Below are positions 52,195-64,000 of a DNA stretch of 64,000 nucleotides, piece by piece (the first letter of the stretch is position 1; every line of letters starts with the position of its first letter). Below the pieces are notes generated by a model. The model saw only the letters and a list, made by a program, of their open reading frames with translations. It had not been told where the DNA came from and did no database searches. The stretch lies in NCBI RefSeq assembly GCF_009914755.1, contig NC_060927.1; one strand, written 5' to 3'. Source of the stretch: the human T2T-CHM13v2.0 reference genome, Homo sapiens. The position numbers were made by a program, and so were the translations under genes.

Positions 52195-52615
52195 GCTAGG
52201 CAGTGTCCCAGAGGGGACTCTGTATGGAGGCTCCAACCTACACTATCCCCTCACACTACCCTAGTAAATATTCTCTCTGAGGGCTCTGCCATACCAGCAG
52301 CTTCTGTCTGGGCACTCAAGCTTTCTCACACATCTTCTGAAATCTACGTGGAAGCTGTGAAGCTTCTTTCACTGTTGCACTCTGCATGCCCACAGGTTTA
52401 ATACCATATCAAAGCAGCCAAGGCTTATGACTTGCACCCTCTGAAGCAGCAGCCCAAGCTATATCTGTGGCCCTTGAACTGAGGATGGAGCTGGAGCAGC
52501 CTGAATGCAGGGAGCAATATCCTGAGGCTGCACAGGGAAGTGGGGTGGGGGGGACCTGAACCCTGGAAACATTCTTTTCCTCTAGACCTCAGGGCCTGTG
52601 ATAGGAGGTGCTGCT
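52195..52615 (-). mobile_element. MaLR internal (MST/THE1-int) fragment
   Basis: taggcagtgtcccagaggggactctgtatggaggctccaacc...cttgcaccctctgaagcagcagccc...gggcctgtgat. Confidence 0.85.
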
Positions 52616-52619
52616 TCTT

Positions 52620-52733
52620 AGATTATTTGTACCCTAAACCTCAGCAACATGCTATTTATCCATGTAAAAAACCTGCACATATACCCCCCTGAACCTAAAA
52701 TAAAAGTTAAGAAAAACAAAAAGAAAATAAAAG
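52620..52733 (+). mobile_element. L1PA16/L1PB-like 3' tip
   Basis: aaacctcagcaacatg...aacctgcacat...gaacctaaaataaaagtt plus A-rich tail. Confidence 0.8.
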
Positions 52734-52939
52734 TAAGTATTTAGAAGAAAACATAAGAAAATGGTTAAGTATTTCCTTGAATCGTAGAGTTCAGAGGTAG
52801 ATATTACCTTTTTTATATGCTACCAAATTATAAAAATGTTTTAGCAAGTGCATGTATTGCCTTTATATCTACTATCAAAAGTAGTTGATGGCTTTAGAAA
52901 TAGTTTCCATGCATTAATGAGGCCCTCCTAGTCAGAGGT

Positions 52940-53258
52940 CATGTCTACTCTTCACCTGTTCAGAGGCCTTCCCTCATTCTCCTTCCTTGGTTCCCCTGCT
53001 TAAAGTGCTTTCCTCTGCCTTATCTTAATCATTGTGTATCAGATTACTCTGTTTTATTTTACACAGAACAATTATCACTATCTAGGATTCTTATTTATTT
53101 GCTTGCATATTAATTTCCTGCCTTCCTACAATATGTAATCAACTCCAAGAGGGAAGGATTTTGTATGCGCCTTGTTTAGTGCTGTATCCCCAGCTGCCAG
53201 TAGGGTGCCTGGTACATAGTGAGTGCTCAAAAATATTTGTTGAATAACTGAGTGAATT
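52940..53258 (+). mobile_element. L2a 3' end
   Basis: gctgtatccccagc...gtgcctggtacatag...gtgctcaaaaatatttgttgaat. Confidence 0.85.
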
Positions 53259-54454
53259 GCAAACAATATTAAAAAGAACCAGGGCTACTTATTGACCCAT
53301 TTCACTTGGGAGGCAAATTGGATTTCTCCAAGTTGGACACATGGCTTCATTCTTTATTCTTCCTTTGATACATCATGCAGTCAGTACCTGCTCTGTAGAA
53401 GAGCGGTGAGCTGTGAGGAATACCAAAATATAATAATGTCTATCCTGTTCTCATCAGCTTACAATTGGGTAGAAGAGAAACACAAGTCATTACTAGTCAG
53501 TCCGCTGCTGGATGAGGGGCCCTTGAACCAGGAGAGGTTACCCAGGGTAAGGTAGAGGGAAAGAGTAGTGGTTCTTGCCTCAGTCAAGTTGTGGGGGGTG
53601 TAGTGAAGAAGAGTTTCTGCCCCTCTGTACTGGGAGACAGGAGTTCTGGAAACCACTATCACATTGCAGCTCTGGGGATTTACCCCCATGCACAGAGGAT
53701 TCTGATATGCCATCCCTCTTCTGCCAGGGTTTCTCTACCATATGGTTTCTATGGTTCCCCCGAATCTCTGCCGCATGGGAGGGACCTCTGTCATGCATGC
53801 CAGCTGGCTCGTGGGCCCTGTTTTCTCACCTTATTTCTGCCAACGCTGTTTCAGAGAGCTGGGCCCGGTTCCCACTTTATCCAACCTTATCTCAGAGAGC
53901 ATTCTCTGAACACAATCATCCTTACATGGGAAAAGAAACATAATCAGAATACAGCATCTTTCCAACAATCACTGGATCCTCTGCCTGGAAATTTCCACTT
54001 TAAAGACTCACTTCTTTGGTTAATACATTACCCTCTTTTGGATTTCAAATGCTACTTGGAATTTTAAAAGGCACATTATAATATTAAAACAATAAAGAGG
54101 GAGAAAACAAAAATATTTAATGCCTCAGTGTGAAAATATGAATCAGGCATTTGGCTTTTGGATTATAGGCTATCAGGAAATGACAGAGCCCTCAGAAATA
54201 TATGTGTGTGTGTGTGTATTTAAGCTTTTATCCATTTCTGTTGTTTTTGCACAATGAGAATACTGATCCCTCTGAAAGTACAGTGGCGTGGCTAAGATAA
54301 TAAGCAAGTTTCCTGAATCCTTGCCTCTTTGGAATTTGAGGGATAGATCCTGTTGAGTGTTAACATGGAGATTCTTGGGCAGACAGTTGACAGGCCAAGA
54401 CACTGAGCATCTAGGTTGGTACTCAAAAAAGAAAAATGGTTTTTTGCTTGTATA

Positions 54455-54685
54455 GGAATTAAGGGCTCAGATTCTGGTTAGAGCAACATAGATTTGACTG
54501 TTGATTTGCTATGTGAATTGGGTACATAACAACATCTTTAAGTTGCAGTTAATTTACTTATGACAGACAGATGGTAAAAGTACCTGATTCATGGTGTTGT
54601 TGTAAAGATTAAATGAGCTAAAGTAGGTAAAGCACGTTGCAAAGTCCTTGCTTTTACTAGGTACTTGATAAACACTGGCTACTGC
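54455..54685 (+). mobile_element. MIR
   Basis: gtacctgattcatggtgttgttgtaaagattaaatgagcta...gtaaagcac. Confidence 0.7.
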
Positions 54686-55409
54686 AAATGAGGAGGTTGT
54701 TAAAGGCAAGGTTTACCTACTTCATATTGCTGTGAAGGGCCCTCCTGATGTCAAGATGCTGATCCAGCCGGCTGTCCTCTCATCCCTACTGTTTCTCTGC
54801 ATCTTAATGTTCACAGTTTCGAAGTGAACTAGATGATTTATTCTGCCTACCGTTGTATCAAGAATATCTCGTGTGATACTATAAAGGAATTAATTTTAGA
54901 TGGGGCAATGTGTCCTGGGGTATCTTCAAATCACAATATCTTTGGAGTATATGAAAGAGTTAGGGAATATGGTAGAAGCAATGGAAATGTTAGGATTTTA
55001 TGATTCTTAAAGTTACCTCTTCCTGCCTATTTTCCCAAGATGGCATGTGTTTCCACTGGTGAAAATGTAGCAACAATTGGACTACTATGAACATTTGGAA
55101 GACAGTTGTGTTCCTGGGAAACTCTACCCTGATATTTGGAACATAGAGAAGGAACCACGTGGGTCTAATATGCCATGTAACTCTTTGATTCATCTCAAAG
55201 ATCTTAGACAGATAAAGAGTTTTTCCACCAGACTTACCCCAGCAGAGGACATGGGCTCAAAACTTATGATCAAAAAAACAAACTTTTTATTAAAAAACAA
55301 AAATCCATGCTCTCAGAGGAAAAGCAGCCTCAGATGCTCAGGTTAAAAGAATTGATCATGGATAATAACTTACTCTTGTGGCTTTCCCAGTTACTTATTC
55401 CACTTATAA

Positions 55410-55560
55410 CAAGCTCCTCTGAAGGTCCATGGAATTATCTGAGTTTTAAAATGGAGATTCCCTAGCTCCATCTCCATGGTTGGGAGTGGGGCCTTAAAAT
55501 AATAATTTTTAATGAGCACCTTTATCTGATTCAAGCTCATTTGAAACACACTTAGAAATA
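55410..55560. mobile_element. MER5/MER112-like hAT fragment
   Basis: ggaattatctg...aaatggagattcc...gtggggcc...ttttaatgagcacc. Confidence 0.45.
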
Positions 55561-55699
55561 TATTAATTGAAATATTGGCACAAAAATCCCTGTGTCAGTT
55601 ACAAAGCTAACACAATCGACCTCCTATTCATATTCTTAACTCCTTTTTTTTTGCATGAACCACTCATTTTACCTAGAGATGATATATGATTTTGTTGTC

Positions 55700-57766
55700 T
55701 AAGAAGTTGAATAAAATACAACTAGAGGATTCAGAAAGCAGTTTCTATTATCAAAATATCTTACTGATTTAAAAAGCAAGGTGCAAATAGTATGGTATAA
55801 TTTTTGTAAGAAAGAAGAAGAAATAAGAATACACACATACATATACACAAACACAATATGGATAACACAGCAACTAAAGAAATTGTTCTATTATTGAGGA
55901 TGGGTAGATATAAAGTAGAAGCAATAATAAAGGGAATGATAGTTTTCCAAGTTTACCTTTCAATATAGCTTTTGTTTTAAAACTATATTAATATTTCACG
56001 TATTAAAAATTAATCTAGCAAGTATAAATTCCTAAAATTAAATACAAATAGAAACACATGCATCCAACTTCAGATCAAATTGATAATATGAACACAAAGA
56101 AGCAAAACCAGAATTAATGCAAGTAAATTTTAAATACTGTACTATAACTGCATTTCACCCTCAGTGAGATATTTTCTAAAGACAAAAAGAAACTGTTGTT
56201 GATAGTAAAATGGTTTTAAATTATTTTGTATGCATTGTAGTAAGTGAACAAATGAGCAGGTATGCTGGTGTTTTGAGGGAATGGAGCTTTTATTTTAGGA
56301 GAGTGAAGAAACGAATATGGAAAGGGAGAAGGAGAACTCTGTTGTATTGGATTAGAATTGGAGGTATGCATATGAACTCTTGACTTTATGAAAACATATT
56401 TACTTGCTTGGTACAATGAAAAAGTTTAGAAGCAATCACACGCAGTAGCAATGAATGTACCTACTATCCTGATCTTGGTTTCTAACTACCGTTTCCCAAA
56501 GGAACCAGGGACCCCTGGAAAACTATTTGATGTTAAGTCTGGGGCAATGAAGTACAAGGTGAGCCTGAGCATTGAGTTGCACCAAAAAGTAAAGCTGTGC
56601 TCAAACACTGATAGGAAAATGTCAAAAAACAAAGAAGCCAGCTTGAAGGGACTTCCACTGCTCAAATCTGAGACAACCGCAATATCAAAACAAATAATGG
56701 CAGGAATGAATCCAATGATTCATAGTAATAGATTTATTTTTATAACTGTGAGTCCATAATGATACCAGAAACAAAGGGGGTGAATGAAAAGAGGAAAGGA
56801 AAGTTCATCTCTATAGAAGCATAGCAGATTATAAATGTAGAAAGAATGTAAAATGATAATTTGCTAAGGCTGTCAATCACAGTTGTAATAATTCAAGCAA
56901 AAATCAAAGCATGCTAAAACTTTGTGTAAAATATTGGTCTTTATAATCATTTAATTAATTATTTACTAATTTCAGAGGGGACATGGTGTATTTACAATGG
57001 AGAAATCTGGCAGCATAACCTTAACTAAATGATTATACTTACTATCACCAAGTTTGACAAACTGGCGACATATGCCTCCTGATGTGATGCACTAGAAAGG
57101 ACATAACATCCTGCCAAAAGTGTTTAACTTCATTCTAGTCATGAGGAAGCAATTAGATAAATCCAAATTGAGAAACAGTCTGCAAAACAAATAGGTACAA
57201 TTTTTGCAAGAAAGAAGAAATAATACACACATACATACACACAAACATCTGTGAAAGGAAACAATATGGAGAACACAGAAGCTAAAGAAATTGTTTAAAC
57301 AACAAAAGAAACTACACTAGTCAACTAAAATTGATTCCTCAAAAACATCAATGTCTTAAAAGTTTTTTTTTAGAAAAAGGCTAGGCACAGTTCTAGATTT
57401 GAAATTACTAGAGACATGACAACTGAATGCAATGCATAATTCTTGATTGATCTTGGATTTTTAAAATTTATAATAGACATTATTGGGACAATTTGGGGAA
57501 TTTGAATGTGGAATGTATATTACACGGCATGGTACAAATCAAGGTTAAAATTTCTTGAAAATTATCAGTTCTGCTGTGGATATGTAGTAGAATGGCTTTG
57601 TTCTCAGGAGATGACACCTGCCACTTAATAGTTCACCAAAATGAGAGAAAGAAAATGTGACAGAACATCAACAATTTGTGAATCTAGGTAAATAGTATCA
57701 CATATTCATGGTATTACTAGGGCAACTTTTCTATATGTTTTAAATTTTTCAAAATAAAAAGTTGGG
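55700..57766 (+). mobile_element. L1MC (MC4/5-like) long 3'UTR
   Basis: gatcttggtttctaa, aaaggaaccaggg, gccagcttgaaggg, gagacatgacaactgaatgcaatg, gacattattgggacaatt, ttttcaaaataaaaagtt end. Confidence 0.85.
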
Positions 57767-57869
57767 TGAAGAAAGGAGAGCACAAAAAAGTAAAGCAGTA
57801 TTGGTTGCAAGCAGAACTGGTTGCCAGAATGGTGTGATAGACACCTTCACTTATCACTTACTGGGCTGG

Positions 57870-58390
57870 GCAAGAGCCTGCTAATAGGCACATTAATTAA
57901 TTAATTAGCCTCTGCAGTTGGGCTTTCTTTCCATCCCCCAGCCCTCACCAGGATGTACTTAGGTACAATAATGGAGGAGGAAAATGGAGAGTGTTTTCTG
58001 TATTGCCATCTCAGAGGGATATTCCCGCTTCAAGCACCTCTCCAGAGGGCTAATGGCTGACAAAGCCTTATTACCATCCTGGGATAAGTTCAATTTTTTT
58101 TTTTATGATAGTAATTTGTTACACCAGTTTGCCACTTGTCTGCTGCTTCCTTGTTAATCCAATAATCTATATGAGAAAAGCAATTTGATGTACCTCCTTC
58201 CCATCTGCCGCCCATCAGCCAATCTATATCTTAACTATCAGTGATTTATTAATGCCGTCTGCATTAAGCACATATCTGCTCCATTGGCGCCCTCCCTCTT
58301 GGCCTCCTGCTTAGATACACTCCCTGGATGTGTTAGAAGGCAGGCTCAGCATAGAGATTAAAAGCAACAATGGAATAGCAAGCTGAACCA
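57870..58390. promoter_or_regulatory. Candidate developmental enhancer / conserved non-coding element
   Basis: Repeat-free; TAATTAATTAATTA 57894-57907, TAATCC 58155-58160, TGATTTAT 58242-58249, AACAATGG 58366-58373; motif evidence only. Confidence 0.35.
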
Positions 58391-59074
58391 CAGTTCCTGC
58401 ATTTGCTCCTTTCAAACAATTAACATATATGCACATCCACACACTAAGGAGATCCACTTCAGAGCCAGCCATAAGAAATGTGAGAAACTAGAATATTTTT
58501 CATTATGCTTTGTATTCAGTGCTTAACCTTGTTTCTTTAGCTGGTTGAAGTTAGCCATTGACCATTGTGCCCCATCTGAATGTTGCACTTCTCACCCCAA
58601 CCTCCTGGATGTCTATTCACTTGAACAAGGGCCTGCATGAGCCCTGGATTCTGATCTCTTTCCTGCAGAGACAAAAGGGGCCGGTAGCTCTGGGCTGGAT
58701 GAGCTGACGCAGTTCTGAAGAAAGGACTTTGTTATTGAAGGTGTGAGCCTGGTCTCTGCACGTGTGATTGCTGAGCTTAATTTTCCTCAAGTCATTATGG
58801 CCTACCTAGAAGAACAAAGGCTCTAGATGACACTCCCAGAGGAGGAACATAATGGAATTGGGTGGGGAGAAAATGATGGCACACAGCAGTGTTACTGTCT
58901 GTTGTGGGTTAAATATGCCATTCACTTAGATTCTGTGCTATTTGTTGCCTATAGAAGCTTGATACAAATGGCCCAACCTAAAACCTGGTAAGAGAAGAAA
59001 CATGGACATAGGATGGACATCTCAGGAACCCACCACTACTGCTATTTGCAGGTTCCATATAGTGGGAGTCCATG

Positions 59075-59606
<532 letters not shown>

Positions 59607-60069
59607 AACTCTCCCTTTTTTAAAACGACTTTTTATTTTACATTTGCGTCCTGGGTACATTTGCCGTGCTTTCTTGATTCTATTTGCTTTGAGCTGGCTT
59701 TTACCTGGCTTGTTGGACTGTTTTCAAGTTTCCATCCCCTAAGGTTTCTGATATCTCCATTGCAGACAGTGGCTCTGAACTCTCTCTCTCTTCTGGGTAA
59801 ATAGCATATAGCTGATGGTGGGAGTGAGCTGCCAATAAATTTAGAGGTGCTTTCCTTAGCTGTTAGGTTTTAAGGAAAGGAAAGTGAACAAAAGGCAATC
59901 ATCCTGACTCTATAGTCTACATTCCTTTCCTTCCTTAAAATCAAGGGTGGCATTTTAAGTTGTCGTCCTCTCAAGCTCACCTAGAAATGTGCCTGGTAAG
60001 ACAAGAGTTCTGAACATGATGTACTGCAACTCATGATTTTGCACAGCCATGGTCGATATAAATATTTTA

Positions 60070-60190
60070 TCCTCACAACTAAATGGCAATTGCCTAAGGG
60101 TAGGAATTTTCTGATAATATTTCTATTCCCATCCATATAACTCAGCATGGTGCACTGTACTCAGTAAGTGCTCAATAAATGCTTGTGGAA
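60070..60190 (+). mobile_element. L2 3' tail
   Basis: agggtagga...cagtaagtgctcaataaatgcttgt. Confidence 0.7.
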
Positions 60191-62671
60191 CAAGTGACTA
60201 TAGTGTTAACTTTGTGAGCAGGATATTATATTTTGCTATGATTTCTTGTCCTTGAGTTATTTTCCCTCAAAACTCTATTGTAAAACCTTTTCTGCCGTCC
60301 AAGAGCTGCATTTCTTTCTAAAGAAATCATTCCCCTCCATCTTTTCTTAATTAACAGCATTTTCCAGTACTTTTTTTTCCCTTCTCTGTGACAGTTTCCC
60401 ACTATTGTCTGTTTGCAGCTGTTACATGGTTAAGAAACTGAGTAGACATGCTAATGAGTTCTTGGTGTGTAGGAGGAGCACCTCTAAATTCTCCTGGACT
60501 GGCCAGGCAGCTTGTTCCCACTTACTCTTTCTAAAATAAGCTCTAGTTGGCAGCCAGGGATTGGATTATTTGCAGTTTCTTTCTGTGGAGGAAGTTCTTG
60601 CTTGGACTAGCTATCTGTGTTTCTATTTAGGAACAAATAAACATGCTGCTGCCCTCAAACTCATCATGTCTACATTAAACTTCAAATTGCCTGCTTCACT
60701 CTTGCTCATAGACTTGTCCAAACCACTGGAAACCAGCTTTGGTTTATATGTTTATTTCAATTAGTCAGTCAATTTAGCAAATTGTTGTGTGTGTGTGTTG
60801 GTGGGGGGGTGCGGTGGGTAGTTGGTCCACACGCAGTCTCTTCCTACATTGATCTTAACTGTATTCTCTAAAAATTAAGAGACATTGTGTGACTGAATGG
60901 ATTTTGGTCCTTGCAATTGTCTTTACAATTCTCACGACTGAAACTGAACACCTCCATCAGGGAGTTTTGAATACTTCATGATTGTTTTTTTTTCTTCCCA
61001 AGAGCTTCGAAAAAACGATATTAATAGCCTGTTTTCCAAGAGAGGTTACAGAGGTATCTGAATTTCCTAGTGTCTGGGATGATGATCTGTAATATTAATC
61101 TGGGATTCTCATTCTGAGTCATGTATTTGAGCCAGTATGTTAGAATCAAGACAGTTAATCCCCCTTCAGTATGTTTTGCAGCTGTTAGAATTTCATGACC
61201 TTTACACAAAGACATGGAGAATCTCACTGATCAGAGAGCAAGCTGGAGGGAACAGGTTGGAAGCCTGGAGAGAAGGCAGGTTTTGAACAAGACATAGGGT
61301 GGTTGCCAACCATCTTGCTAATGGGGGCATGGTCTCAATGATAAAGACCCTTTGAGCTTTCCAATGTAGCCTAAGAGTAACCTTCTTTTCCCCTGGAACT
61401 TCTAAGGTTTTTTTTTTTTTTTTTTTTTTTTTGAGAATCAAAGAATAGCTAGACGGGGCCTTGCTGAAAGAAGTGGCCCACATTAGACTTGAGATAGCAG
61501 GTTAAGTTCTTTCTATTTTGGTGGCTTTTCAGAACATAACTACTTTGTCCATTGAAGACAGGTAGACCATATGGAAGAAACTGGAACTGTGAGTTTTCTT
61601 TCACATATCATCTACCCTGCTGCTCTCTGAGTATAGAAGGTAACTATGGAAAAACACAAACAGCTCATGATGTCGCTCTCTTTCCCTAAGGAGGTAGGAG
61701 TACGGGACAGTGTTAGCTTACACATTCGTGTGCAGGAGGCTCGTCTTATTCATCTTTGTATCCTAGTATCCTACTTCTTTGCCAGTTTGTTGTTCTTATT
61801 TCTACCCCTCTAATAAAGACTTCCAAACACCAATAAATCTTTGTTTAGGGGTAACATTTAGCATTTTCCCAAAGTAATTGCATCTATTTTCATATGAATA
61901 TATTCCACAACAGTAATAGGATTCAATTTGAAACTAGCACCAATTTTATATGCCTGGAGCTATGGACTTCCTCAGATCCTCAAAGTACAGCACCACGATA
62001 TATTCCCTGAATTCTACTCCATGGCTCAGTTGTACCACTTGTGCTACTCTAAGTAAGTATTCAGGTTAAATTGCTGGTGGGCGATTATCACTTTACTTGT
62101 CATTTATCTCAGCTTGGGGAGTTCTTCATTGAAAGAGTCAACATAAAAAGTAACTCTCACAGCTGGGGAAGTTGAAAATATGTGATGAGATAATCAGACT
62201 AATTGGCCAGGTCTGGTAATCAGTAGGTAACCCAATAATTTTGACATAGAAAACAAACAAGAGACTGAGTGGAGTAGGCTGATTTTTCCAACTAAGAAGA
62301 AAATATCCCTTTATGATGGGGAGGCTGCTCTGGCTAGAGATACTAGAACATTTTAATTTCTTTGTATTACATATTGATTTCACTCACAGACTGTGAAACT
62401 GGGTACAGATGGTTGGCTGAATTGCAGTACATCTATAATGTAGGCTAACGTACAGAAAATATGGAGGGAGAAAACTTGAGAATATGTATCACACTAGCCT
62501 ATAGTGGATGTTTGTGTTTCATCCAATGAGAGTGTGAATGCATTGGCACTGCTATCACCAACAATAAAATGAAGGTAGAACTATCAACAAACCCCTCCCC
62601 TCTCTTGATACCATGTCTCTCTAGCTGTAGTCCAGGCTTTCTTGATCTGTTATCAAAACAAGAAGTCATAG

Positions 62672-62862
62672 CAGCAGTTCTCCATGTCTGATCCCTTATC
62701 CAATAGCAGCAGCATCCCCTGGGACCTTTTTAGAAATGCAAATTCCCAGGTCCCACAGCAATGGACTTACTTAACTAGACGCTCTGGGAGGGGGATACAG
62801 AAATCTGGGTTAGTAAGTCCTCCAGGTGATCCTGATGCAAATTAGTGTTACAGAATCACTGG
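62672..62862. mobile_element. MER5A hAT MITE
   Basis: agcagcagcatcccctggga...ttagaaatgcaaattc...ccaggtgatcctgatgca...agaatcactgg. Confidence 0.85.
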
Positions 62863-62869
62863 CCCACAA

Positions 62870-63018
62870 CCTTGCTACTCAGAATATGGTTTGCAGAGCA
62901 GCATCAGGGGAATCATTAAAAATGATAAAAAATGAAGAATCTTGAGTCCCTTTTTTTGTCTGCATTTTTAACCAGATCCCTAGGAAATTAGCATGCCCAT
63001 TGAAGTTTGCAAGTGCTG
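62870..63018. mobile_element. MER5B-like hAT MITE
   Basis: tgctactcag...tctgcatttttaaccagatccc...cattgaagtttg. Confidence 0.65.
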
Positions 63019-63039
63019 ATTTTAGTTATTATTCCCACC

Positions 63040-63615
63040 TCCTCAGGTCTGATTATACCCCATCTAGCTTCTGCCCGCTCCATTCCTGTGAAAATTCTCT
63101 CAGTACTGCCCAGTGACTTCCAACTGTGACAATGTGTGGCTGTTTTTCTGTCAGTGCTTGTGTTTTATTGTACTTCTCTGCTTCATTTCACAGAGCTGCT
63201 CATTCTCTCCTTTGAATACATACAACATATTTTCCTAAAAGCTTTGATTATTGCTTCTTTGGCTCCTTCATAGATTCATTTCCTTGTAAATGTTGCTAAC
63301 CTCTTCCCACCCTGCCCATCAACCAGGGTTCTATCCTTAGCTCACAGTTCTAATTCTGTACACTTTTTATTGGTAATCCCAATTAGATATTAATAATACC
63401 TAAATCTAAGTCATTGCCTGCTGTTTAATTACTTGTGAGACATTTCTACTTGCATGTCCTTCGCTGCAAACTCAACATTCAAAAAATTAAACACCATTAT
63501 TTCCCCTAAACTCCCTACTTTTACAGTCTTTCATTCACTTGGTGTCACTACCATCTATGCAGTCACTCGAATTAGAAACTTGGGAATTTATCTATGATTC
63601 TTACTTTTCTTTACT
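63040..63615 (+). mobile_element. L2 internal fragment
   Basis: cagggttctatcctt, gacatttctacttgcatgtcc...aaactcaacat, agaaacttggga. Confidence 0.6.
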
Positions 63616-63629
63616 CCCTATCAAGAATT

Positions 63630-64000
63630 CTAGTTGCCATCCAATAACTATTCTCCTCTTCTTTATAATAAAGAACCAAAATGTTTATTTGGGTACTTGG
63701 ATTAAAGCCTACATTTCCTAGCCTACCTCACAACTAGGCTTAACTATGTGTCTCAGTTTTGGCCACTGAAACGCAGGCAGAAGTATTCTAGGATGTCTTC
63801 TCTAAAGACAATGGGCACAATAGTTTTGCCCTTCCTTCCTTCTTCTTCCTTTAACATGAAGACAATGATTCAGACTCCAGCAGCCATTTTTGATAGTGAG
63901 GAGTAAGCTCAACACCAGTGAAGACACAACAAAGAGATGGAAGGAGCTGCATCCCCGATGAGAGTAAGAGCCAGTTCTAGACTGACTTCTTTTATGTGGG
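63630..64000 (+). mobile_element. MLT1J-like MaLR LTR (runs off the window end)
   Basis: acatttcctagcc...agttttggccactga...ctccagcagccatttt...agatggaaggagc. Confidence 0.7.

Noticed and set aside
53191-53210. CTCF-like CCAGTAGGGTGCC
   Set aside because: Mismatch in the core and lies within an L2 3' end
58669-58740. 72-nt plus-strand exon candidate (ctctttcctgcag ... AAG|GTGTGA)
   Set aside because: Stops in all three frames, weak donor, no supporting partner exons
61408-61436. Long T-run followed by GAGA as an ultra-truncated Alu
   Set aside because: Only 4 nt of Alu-like sequence and no TSD

Overview
AT-rich, CpG-depleted primate (most likely human) nuclear DNA, either intronic or from a gene desert. 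I find no protein-coding gene, rRNA, tRNA, CRISPR array or CpG island. The listed ORFs are microsatellite frames, chance frames, or decayed Alu, LTR, L1 ORF2 and Tigger1 transposase remnants. Much of the window is recognisable interspersed repeat: Alu/FLAM, MIR, L2, several L1 generations, ~17 solo ERVL/MaLR LTRs, and hAT and Tc1/mariner DNA transposons. Highlights: (1) a multi-tier nest at 23-32.5 kb (old L1M > Tigger1 > L1MA + MADE1); (2) a twin-priming L1 inversion at 51.5-52.2 kb; (3) two local diverged duplications at 48.1/49.1 kb and 55.8/57.2 kb; (4) a strong + strand bias of LTRs, hinting at a minus-strand host transcript; (5) a candidate 6-nt minus-strand microexon; (6) enhancer-like motif clusters, best at 57.9-58.4 kb. 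I see no convincing evidence of a new biological system. Repeat subfamily names come from recalled consensus sequences, not from a search, and boundaries without a cited target-site duplication (TSD) are approximate.
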